Virus record (IMG/VR): IMGVR_UViG_3300037722_000588
Span: 1 to 32,452 of that record
Strand: one strand, 5' to 3'
Length of the DNA: 32,452 nucleotides
DNA from: a virus
Lineage: Duplodnaviria > Caudoviricetes
Positions 25,541-32,452 of the stretch are shown piece by piece. The stretch's first letter is position 1, and every line of letters starts with the position of its first letter. The position numbers and the translations under genes were made by a program. Under the pieces are notes generated by a model, which saw only the letters and a list, made by a program, of their open reading frames with translations, did not search any database and was not told the origin of the DNA.

Positions 25541-27571
25541 ATGTTAATGAGAGCGCCCGAATCCCTGAATGAAAACTTTCGAGCCGTTAAAAAGAAGATG
25601 GATGCGGATTATATTGCGCATCAGTCCCTCTGGGTTACCCACCAAGCTGAAGCATCTATAGATACCCGTCTTGAGGCGGGTGATTCATCGCTCATGGAAC
25701 AGTACACCAACTTCCCTTCTGCTTCTGGCAGGAGCTGGTACTTTAACCGTGTGCGTCCTTTATGCAGTATGGTGTCAGGACACCAACGGAAGAACCGTAA
25801 ATCAACGGTGGTCTTACCGCTAGAGAACGGCGATCAAAAGACTTCAGATCAATGGACAAAGATAATCCTTGGTATCTATAAGAGAGAGAACGTATATGAG
25901 ACTATATCGGATGCGTTCCACCAAGGAGCTTGTGTTACAGGGATGAACTTACTCCACGTCTATATTGATTACCGCAATGATCCTGTGTCTGGTGATGTTA
26001 AGGTGGACAACTTAGCCTATAACACCTTTTACATAGACCCGTATTTCAGGAAGGTTGATCTTTCAGATTGTGAGTTTGTCTGGCGTAGGAGTTATATAAG
26101 CCACTCACAAGCCGCTTCCCTTCTTCCTAAAAAATATTATGAAGAGATTATGAATCTGCCAGGCAATCCCACAGGAACAGGACGTGATGGTAAGTTCCAG
26201 TTTATGCCTGAAGCATCTGGGCAGATGCAGAGTAATAAGGTTGCCTATGATGAATACTACTATCGTGATTACCGACGACAAAAGTTGCTTATTGATGAAG
26301 AAACAGGGGAAATGCTTGATGTTACCGACAAAGAGCATATCGATATAGATCGGTTCCTTTTGGAAAACCCCACCGCCTACCTAGAAGAACAGGACATACC
26401 GACCGTACGGTTGGCTATAGCCGTACAGGATCAAGTATTTTACGATGGCCCCTCTGGTCTTGATATCTATCCCTTTGTGCCTGTTGTTGGGTATTACAAT
26501 CCGATGATGCCGTACTTTTATCAAAGAATACAGGGCATCTGTCGCTCACTTAGAGACCCTCAGATACTTTTTAACCGACGCCTCTTACTCTCTGCCGATG
26601 CTGCTGAGTCAGTTGTTAATAGTGGCTGGAAGTTTAAAGAGAACGCTATTATCGACGTGAAGCATCTGTTCCAGACTGGCCAAGGCCGCATTATCCCATT
26701 AAAGGAAGAAGCCGCCATGACTGACGTAGAACAGATATCACCACCCAATATCCCGCAATACTTCTTCCAGCTACAGGATTCATTCTCCAAGGAGATGAAC
26801 CTTGTCTCTGGTATTAACGAGGAAATGATGGGTGCGAACATGGATGATAAGGCAGCGATACTCTCAGCGCTCAGACAGAGCAGTGGATTGGTTACCTTAC
26901 AGCCTATATTCGACAAGCTTGATAACGCTCAGAACATTCTTGGTGAGCTTATTATGAGGGTAGTACGTAGTAGCTATGTCCCAAGTAAAATAAGAGCCCT
27001 TCTTGAGGGTGAAGAGCCAGCGCCACTGTTCTATGATAAGGCGTTCGGTAAGTATCACTGCATGGTTGAGCTTGGGCTTAATACCGAGTCACAAAAACAG
27101 ATGCAAGCGGCCCAGTTGATGCAGCTCACCGAGCTTGGTTATAAGTTCTCACCAAAAGTAATGCTTAATGCCTTCTCTATCCAGAACAAGGAAGAGATCA
27201 TCGAGGATATGATGCAACAGGAGAAACAGCAGGCTGAAATGGCGCAGCAACAGGCACAGGTTCAAATGGAGCAAATCAGGGCACAGACACAGCTCGCCCA
27301 AGCACATTCCGTTGCTAATCAAGGGTTAGGGGCAGAACGCTTCAGTAGAATACAGGAGAATCAGGCATTAGCGGTGGAGCGCAGAGCTGAGGCAGAAAAA
27401 GATGAACAACTTGCTTTACTCAACTTCGCTAAGGCGATAAAAGAAATAGAGAGTATTGATATTGCTCAACTTGAAAAAATAATATCGTTGCAGCGCATGC
27501 TTAAAGCAGCCGAAGAGCAGCGGGAACAATCTCCTCAACCCTTTCAGAGTAGTTTTGAAGGGGGTAGATAG
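25541..27571 (+). CDS. Portal protein (P22-like)
   Basis: 676 aa directly after TerL; FNRVRP...V.G.QR.NR, YPFVP, G..R.L.DPQ..N, Gln-rich C-terminal barrel. Confidence 0.88.
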   Translation: MLMRAPESLNENFRAVKKKMDADYIAHQSLWVTHQAEASIDTRLEAGDSSLMEQYTNFPSASGRSWYFNRVRPLCSMVSGHQRKNRKSTVVLPLENGDQKTSDQWTKIILGIYKRENVYETISDAFHQGACVTGMNLLHVYIDYRNDPVSGDVKVDNLAYNTFYIDPYFRKVDLSDCEFVWRRSYISHSQAASLLPKKYYEEIMNLPGNPTGTGRDGKFQFMPEASGQMQSNKVAYDEYYYRDYRRQKLLIDEETGEMLDVTDKEHIDIDRFLLENPTAYLEEQDIPTVRLAIAVQDQVFYDGPSGLDIYPFVPVVGYYNPMMPYFYQRIQGICRSLRDPQILFNRRLLLSADAAESVVNSGWKFKENAIIDVKHLFQTGQGRIIPLKEEAAMTDVEQISPPNIPQYFFQLQDSFSKEMNLVSGINEEMMGANMDDKAAILSALRQSSGLVTLQPIFDKLDNAQNILGELIMRVVRSSYVPSKIRALLEGEEPAPLFYDKAFGKYHCMVELGLNTESQKQMQAAQLMQLTELGYKFSPKVMLNAFSIQNKEEIIEDMMQQEKQQAEMAQQQAQVQMEQIRAQTQLAQAHSVANQGLGAERFSRIQENQALAVERRAEAEKDEQLALLNFAKAIKEIESIDIAQLEKIISLQRMLKAAEEQREQSPQPFQSSFEGGR

Positions 27572-27621
27572 AGGCAACCCCTTGCGGATACGTTCCGCAG
27601 TTTCTAATAAAGGAGCCGACT

Positions 27622-27864
27622 ATGGCAAAACGTTATCACGAATCATCATATGAAAAGAAAATGATGAAGAAGGCTGGTGGCATGATCAATGACGATCGTA
27701 GCGCACAAGCCAACCTTCCCCGCAATATAATACAGAAGAACTTTGGTATGCCTGGGTATGGAATGCCACGTGAATACATTGATGACCTGTACAAGGGTGT
27801 AGAAAAGCAAATGCAAGAAGACACCATGGGCTTCAAGAAAGTCTTTAAGCCAAGCAAATACTAA
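27622..27864 (+). CDS. Hypothetical protein
   Basis: 80 aa, AAGGAG RBS. Confidence 0.65.
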   Translation: MAKRYHESSYEKKMMKKAGGMINDDRSAQANLPRNIIQKNFGMPGYGMPREYIDDLYKGVEKQMQEDTMGFKKVFKPSKY

Positions 27865-27869
27865 GGATA

Positions 27870-28022
27870 ATGATGCCAGGACAAATACGAACCAATAAGA
27901 GGGCAGCTAAGATAGCCTATCGCTTGTTGAGAATCCCCAAAGAACTACAACAACGTCCCGACAAGAAGCCGTCAAAGCGTCGCCTTGAAGAATGGTTTAA
28001 AAACTCTAGCGCATCACAGTAA
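27870..28022 (+). CDS. 50-aa basic protein (not in ORF track)
   Basis: MMPGQIRTNKRAAKIAYRLLRIPKELQQRPDKKPSKRRLEEWFKNSSASQ; AAGGA RBS; fills the gap between genes. Confidence 0.55.
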   Translation: MMPGQIRTNKRAAKIAYRLLRIPKELQQRPDKKPSKRRLEEWFKNSSASQ

Positions 28023-28024
28023 GC

Positions 28025-28070
28025 AGTAAGGAGACAGTCTCTGGAAAGTCTCAGAGACTGTCTCCTTACT
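28025..28070. repeat. Perfect 19-bp inverted repeat
   Basis: AGTAAGGAGACAGTCTCTG-gaaagtct-CAGAGACTGTCTCCTTACT. Confidence 0.9.
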
Positions 28071-28086
28071 TAAAGAAGAGGAAATA

Positions 28087-28377
28087 ATGGAAAAGAAAAT
28101 AGCGAAGCACCTACGGAGCGACATTAAGACGTTCCATGAAGAGGCGCAGGACGACAGAAAACTATTAAAAAGTCTTGGTAACCATGAGCGCAAGGAGAAG
28201 AAATCAGCAAAAAAGCCCACTCCTGGTAAAAAGAAGTTCGAAAAAGTTCTTCATGAATACAAGGCAGGCGATCTTCGTTCAGGCTCCAAGAAGGGTCCAA
28301 AGGTTACCAACAAGAAACAGGCCCTCGCCATAGCTTTTTCTGAAAAGCGTCGTGCTAAAAAGAAGAAAAAGAAATAA
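28087..28377 (+). CDS. Lys-rich DUF6496-like phage protein
   Basis: KFEKVLHEYKAGDLRSGSKKGPKVTNKKQALAIAFSE motif. Confidence 0.75.
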   Translation: MEKKIAKHLRSDIKTFHEEAQDDRKLLKSLGNHERKEKKSAKKPTPGKKKFEKVLHEYKAGDLRSGSKKGPKVTNKKQALAIAFSEKRRAKKKKKK

Positions 28378-28413
28378 AGTTATTCACGAGGCTGATACTC
28401 AGCTCTCCTTTTT

Positions 28414-28446
28414 GACCCTCCCGCCTCACAGGGGGGGTTTTTATTT
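28414..28446 (+). terminator. Rho-independent terminator
   Basis: ACCCTCCC-8 nt-GGGGGGGT followed by TTTTATTT. Confidence 0.7.
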
Positions 28447-28493
28447 AGGAAAATTGTAGTAGAGTAACGCCAAACCCTATTCATGAGAGTGGT

Positions 28494-29021
28494 ATGAACG
28501 AAAAGAAGAAGGCTGGGCAACTGATTGTAGAGCATGAGCAGAAGCAAATCATGCTCGAAGACGATGTACGGGAGTATCGTAAGGCTATGGAGCCCCATGT
28601 ACTTCAAGATCTCTATAAAAAGGTGGCAGAAGCTCAAAAGCATGACATATATGCCAATAAAGATTTCTATGTAGTAATGCTATTCGGCCCCCAACGAGTA
28701 TTGAGACACCCGCAGCGTATTATTCTGGTGCGCCAGTCATGCCCGACCCCTGTCTACAAGCAAACCGTATGGAAATACAACCATCTTTCAGGAACTCTTC
28801 AATTTCTCTGGCAGCTACCAGACATGTTTCAATACTATGAAATAGTAAATAACCAGCATCGGTATCTTATGGATAAGAATCGTAAGGAGATAGCTCAGTT
28901 TGTGATATTAGATCACACAGGGGAGCTTCTAAAATGGGTTAAGAAAGAGAATGGCAATAAAATTGATGCAGTTATTAAAATAACACCACCACAGGAGGAG
29001 CAGGAATGCTTAATGAGTTAG
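28494..29021 (+). CDS. Hypothetical head-module protein
   Basis: 175-aa ORF between portal and scaffold. Confidence 0.7.
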   Translation: MNEKKKAGQLIVEHEQKQIMLEDDVREYRKAMEPHVLQDLYKKVAEAQKHDIYANKDFYVVMLFGPQRVLRHPQRIILVRQSCPTPVYKQTVWKYNHLSGTLQFLWQLPDMFQYYEIVNNQHRYLMDKNRKEIAQFVILDHTGELLKWVKKENGNKIDAVIKITPPQEEQECLMS

Positions 29022-29743
29022 ATCCAAACACCCAACAGTACACACAACCAACTGAACAACCAGAAGCACCAGCACCAGTAGAAGCAGCGCCCGCAGAAAA
29101 GCAACCCGTTGAATCAGATAGAGAGAATAATTTACGAGTGCTCCGAGAACGTGCCGAAGCAGCAGAGCGAAGAGCACAGGAACTGGAACGTTCTATACAT
29201 ACCTCCTACCAACAGCAGGCCGCCCCTAAACAGGTAGAAGCTGAGGATGAGGATGATGATATCAATGATGATATGTATCTTGATGGTAGAACCTATAAAA
29301 AGCAGCGTCAGTTACTAAAAAAAGAAGCTAAAGAGACACGGCAACAACTAGAACAGATGCGCATGGAAAGTGCTGAAATCAAACTACGCCAAGAGTTCCC
29401 AGACTTCACCAAGGTAGTAAATCAGGAAAACATGGCTAAGCTGGCACAGAACAAACCGTTGCTGTATAAAACAATCATTGAAAATAAAGATTGGTACACC
29501 AAGGGATACACGGCTTACGAAATGTTAATGGGAAGTGGTATCGTTCCAACAGTGCCACGTGAGTCGGTTCAACGAATACAAGAAAACCATGAGCGCCCTA
29601 AATCAATGTCGTCTGCAGCCCCTCAAACCTCCAATAGCCCTCTGGCTAAGGTTGGCGACTATGACCGACGCATACTTTCAAAAGAGCGGCAAGATGAAAT
29701 ACGCCGCATGGTAGAGATCAATAAGAGCTACCGCCCTTCTTAA
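29006..29743 (+). CDS. Putative capsid scaffolding protein
   Basis: Pro/Glu-rich N-terminus, coiled coils, acidic linker; immediately upstream of the capsid gene; GGAG RBS. Confidence 0.65.
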   Translation: MLNELDPNTQQYTQPTEQPEAPAPVEAAPAEKQPVESDRENNLRVLRERAEAAERRAQELERSIHTSYQQQAAPKQVEAEDEDDDINDDMYLDGRTYKKQRQLLKKEAKETRQQLEQMRMESAEIKLRQEFPDFTKVVNQENMAKLAQNKPLLYKTIIENKDWYTKGYTAYEMLMGSGIVPTVPRESVQRIQENHERPKSMSSAAPQTSNSPLAKVGDYDRRILSKERQDEIRRMVEINKSYRPS

Positions 29744-29759
29744 TATTGGCTTCTTTCAC

Positions 29760-29795
29760 GTCCCCTGAGTCTTTCCTTTTTTTCTATCAGGGGAC
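29760..29795 (+). terminator. Hairpin after the scaffold gene (possible terminator)
   Basis: GTCCCCTGA/TCAGGGGAC 9-bp stem with an 18-nt pyrimidine-rich loop; T-rich tract a few nt downstream. Confidence 0.45.
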
Positions 29796-29801
29796 ACCCA
29801 C

Positions 29802-29831
29802 TTGAGTTTTTCTTCCATTTTTTTCTATACT
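29802..29831 (+). promoter_or_regulatory. Sigma70-like promoter for the capsid leader
   Basis: TTGAGT (29802-07), 18 nt, TATACT (29826-31); predicted start site about 29837-38. Confidence 0.6.
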
Positions 29832-29837
29832 ACAGAC

Positions 29838-29986
29838 GAACGTAACGTGTAGTCGTTCAACACATCGACGTAAAGAGCCTCGTCAGCTTCCCTTCGGCGT
29901 ACCGATGCTCGCCACATCACGAACGTAATGAGTAGTCGTTCGACTCAATAGGTGTTCAAGTTGCCGACACTATGTTGATGACTTGA
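29838..29986 (+). ncRNA. Structured RNA leader: tandem H-type pseudoknot array
   Basis: Four 23-27 nt units with co-varying P1 and P2 stems and a conserved CG-UA / U-CG core, plus a fifth larger pseudoknot. Confidence 0.7.
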
Positions 29987-30023
29987 CGTGTATTGTTTTA
30001 ATCAAATTTTTCGGGAGTATGTG

Positions 30024-30971
30024 ATGATAACTTCACCTACAACCCTTCCTGCCCCGGTTCAGCAGTGGTTTGATGATGTACTTTTGTCGGTAAGAACTCC
30101 AAATCTTATCCACAAACTTGGTGCTATTAAAAAACGCTTGCCGTCCAAGAGCGGAAGGACATTGCGCATGGGAAGATACGATAGACTTCCTACCGCACCA
30201 ACTCCATTAAGTGGTAATGGGGATCCAATTCCAGCGACCCCTCTTAACAGAGTCGATATCGATGCGACAATTTCTTATTATGGATTGTTCGTTGCTATCA
30301 ACCAGCAAGTAACTGTTTCTAACCAAGATCCTGTCTTAAATGAAACAGCAGAACTTCTTGGTCTGTCTCTTCGTATGACCGAAGACCAACTGACCAGAGA
30401 TATGCTTGCTTCAACAGCGACCTTGTACAACTGTACTGGTGGTAGTAACGGTGATGTGCCGTCTGACCTCTCTTTGCCTGATATTGATGAAGTATCTGCT
30501 GCATTGCTAACTAACGATGCATGGATGATTCTCGAAGGCCAAGAGGGTGAAGATAAATTCGGCACTGGTCCGTTGAGAGACTCTTACCTAGCGCTCGGGC
30601 ATTCCAGATTGTCAAAAGATCTGAATAATATTAACGGATTTATTTCCAAATGGAATTATCCTGACTCAAATTCTGTGTTAAGAAGTGAGTGGGGGTCTGT
30701 TAATAACGTGCGCTTTATGCTCTCATCTGTAGGGTCTATCACCCCGAATGCATCCCTGCTTGGTAACGATGTGTATAACATCTTTGTCCAAGGTATGGAG
30801 GCACTCGCATGTGTTGAGCAAGATAATTACGCAGCACAGTTCTTGTATCGTCCACCTGTATTCTCTGATCCATTGTTCCAGAATGTAACTTTAGGCTATG
30901 TTTTCGCAGAAGTTCCTAAAATACTTCAAGATCTGTGGATCACTAAAATGGCGTGTACGCTACGATCTTAG
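30024..30971 (+). CDS. Major capsid protein (N4-gp56-like)
   Basis: GGGAG RBS favours ATG 30024; LP...G.T....RY..L, P...G.P, YG.., D.L.RD.L, EWG.V..VRF, DPL.Q..T.G pattern; follows the scaffold gene. Confidence 0.85.
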   Translation: MITSPTTLPAPVQQWFDDVLLSVRTPNLIHKLGAIKKRLPSKSGRTLRMGRYDRLPTAPTPLSGNGDPIPATPLNRVDIDATISYYGLFVAINQQVTVSNQDPVLNETAELLGLSLRMTEDQLTRDMLASTATLYNCTGGSNGDVPSDLSLPDIDEVSAALLTNDAWMILEGQEGEDKFGTGPLRDSYLALGHSRLSKDLNNINGFISKWNYPDSNSVLRSEWGSVNNVRFMLSSVGSITPNASLLGNDVYNIFVQGMEALACVEQDNYAAQFLYRPPVFSDPLFQNVTLGYVFAEVPKILQDLWITKMACTLRS

Positions 30972-30980
30972 GAGGTTATG

Positions 30981-32075
30981 ATGTCTGTACTTTTTTCTGG
31001 AACTAACCAAGGACGGTTCACCTCCACGGGCGCACCTGAAATCATTAAGATTCGCTCTGATTTAGATTGGATGTACGTTCTTAATGAAACAGTGGCCCAT
31101 GCGGCTGGTGCTGATACTGGCGCTGAATTTAGGTGGCAACGTGGCATGGCTGATGGTCGTGGAATAATCTACACCAAGACATCCGCCACAGATGCCCTCC
31201 AAATAGCACAGATAGCAGCACAATCAGGATTCTATTTGATTGATTCATCAGTCAATATACCTGGGGCTTCTACTGCGCTTACTGGGGTGAATGCCAACTC
31301 TGGTGCGTTCAGTTCACCACAAGCACTAACTGGTAATACCAACAACCTTCCTGTAACCGCCGTTGCTGGTGCTAATAACCCTGCGGGGGTTATTCGTATC
31401 TTTAACGTAACAGGTGCGCTACAGCTTGGCGGCTTGGATTTTACTGTTGCTAACGTTGTATCTAATACCAGTATGGATCTGATTTACATGGATTCTATTG
31501 TGTCTGCTGCTGCTGGTGGTGGAACCTACCGTGTGATTCCATTTGATCCTATTTTCTACCCACGTCGTCGTTACATCACCAAGGTGATTGTAGCTACTTC
31601 TGGTACTGCGGCTACAGGTAACCCAGCCCTCTCAGCGCAACAAGCGATTGTTACTCTGTCAGTTACTCATGGTTATACCGTTGGTCAGGTAATTCGTTTT
31701 GTCGTTCCTACTGTTACTGCAACAGCGTTCGGCATGACTGAACTTAACGGCGTTAAGGCAACCATTATCGCTGTAGGCGATCAGGATGCTGACGGCGCTA
31801 CCAACACCATCCGTGTAGACCTTGATGTAAGCTCATTTACTGCCTTTGCATTCCCACTTACAGCCGATGGCGGGTTTACTCCTGCTCAAATCGTCCCTGT
31901 TGGTGAAGACACTGCTCAAGCAATACTGAGCGGCGTTAACCTACTTGGTGATGCTACTATCAATACAGCGTACATCGGCATTAAACTACAAGCGGGGACA
32001 ACATCTCCTGCTGGTGTTTCTGGCGATGTCATTTACTGGATTGCTGGTAAATCATTTAACGTAGATAACAACTAG
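30981..32075 (+). CDS. Virion structural protein (capsid decoration / head-associated)
   Basis: Beta-rich, directly after the capsid gene; HGYTVGQVIRF..GMTELNG motif; GGAGG RBS favours ATG 30981. Confidence 0.6.
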   Translation: MSVLFSGTNQGRFTSTGAPEIIKIRSDLDWMYVLNETVAHAAGADTGAEFRWQRGMADGRGIIYTKTSATDALQIAQIAAQSGFYLIDSSVNIPGASTALTGVNANSGAFSSPQALTGNTNNLPVTAVAGANNPAGVIRIFNVTGALQLGGLDFTVANVVSNTSMDLIYMDSIVSAAAGGGTYRVIPFDPIFYPRRRYITKVIVATSGTAATGNPALSAQQAIVTLSVTHGYTVGQVIRFVVPTVTATAFGMTELNGVKATIIAVGDQDADGATNTIRVDLDVSSFTAFAFPLTADGGFTPAQIVPVGEDTAQAILSGVNLLGDATINTAYIGIKLQAGTTSPAGVSGDVIYWIAGKSFNVDNN

Positions 32076-32080
32076 TCATA

Positions 32081-32103
32081 GGGGGGCTTTGGCCCCTCTT
32101 TTT
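32081..32103 (+). terminator. Rho-independent terminator
   Basis: GGGGGGC-TTTG-GCCCCTC followed by TTTTT. Confidence 0.75.
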
Positions 32104-32113
32104 AAGGAGTTTT

Positions 32114-32452
32114 ATGGAAAAACCACAAGTAAATACAGGGCGCCTGATCAACAAGCAGCCACTCAAGAAAAAGATATCTCGTGAAGAAGTTAAAAAGCTT
32201 ATCGCTAAACTCTACGAACGTGATTCTGAACTCGTAACAGGTATCTTTAAGAACCGTGAGAACCCTGCTAGTTCATCTTCACTTGGCTCAGTCTCATTCG
32301 GCTTTAAGAAATGGCCACAAGATGACTACATCGAGTACGAGTTTCTTGATGGAGAGCGTTACACTATTCCTCGTGCCGTAGCACATCACCTCAATAACCA
32401 GTGTTACTATACAGAATATAAGCGCCTACAAGGTGAATTTGGCCAAGCGGGC
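32114..32452 (+). CDS. Hypothetical virion-module protein, 3'-truncated (not in ORF track)
   Basis: AAGGAG RBS; MEKPQVNTGRL...DGERYTIPRAVAHHLNN... stays open to the window end. Confidence 0.7.
   Translation, partial: MEKPQVNTGRLINKQPLKKKISREEVKKLIAKLYERDSELVTGIFKNRENPASSSSLGSVSFGFKKWPQDDYIEYEFLDGERYTIPRAVAHHLNNQCYYTEYKRLQGEFGQAG

Noticed and set aside
27583-27599. Hairpin TGCGGA-TACGT-TCCGCA after the portal gene as another pseudoknot unit
   Set aside because: Simple stem-loop lacking the CG-UA/U-CG core and a second stem; at most a weak terminator or stabiliser.
29838-29947. CRISPR mini-array or tRNA interpretation of the repeats
   Set aside because: Units are not identical repeats with unique spacers, there is no cloverleaf and no cas gene; the pattern is structural covariation.
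29988-30023. GTG 29988 as capsid start
   Set aside because: No RBS; GGGAG at 30013-17 is correctly spaced for ATG 30024.

Overview
The window is most of a tailed dsDNA phage or prophage genome of podovirus type (P22-like terminase and portal, N4-gp56-like major capsid protein), cut inside the virion module at both ends. From left to right: putative DNA-ejection proteins (left-truncated); an antisense RHH + HNH + micropeptide cassette; a large tail-fibre/adhesin cluster with three tandem 239-aa paralogues; a divergent early region with two ERF recombinases around an Xis-like HTH gene; an SPFH protein; a Gly-Gly/Ala-rich bacteriocin-like protein; DUF551; a C5 DNA methyltransferase; a wHTH protein and an SF2 helicase; RusA; TerS, M15 peptidase, CHC2 Zn finger and TerL; portal; scaffold; capsid. 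The most striking non-coding signal is an array of four co-varying H-type pseudoknot units plus a fifth larger pseudoknot (29838-29986), between a sigma70-like promoter and the capsid gene. Other notable signals are apparent strong CCGG avoidance, a hairpin sequestering the rusA RBS, and a perfect 19-bp inverted repeat after the portal. I saw no integrase, DNA polymerase, reverse transcriptase, tRNA or CRISPR array. All family calls come from motif recognition by eye, not database searches.
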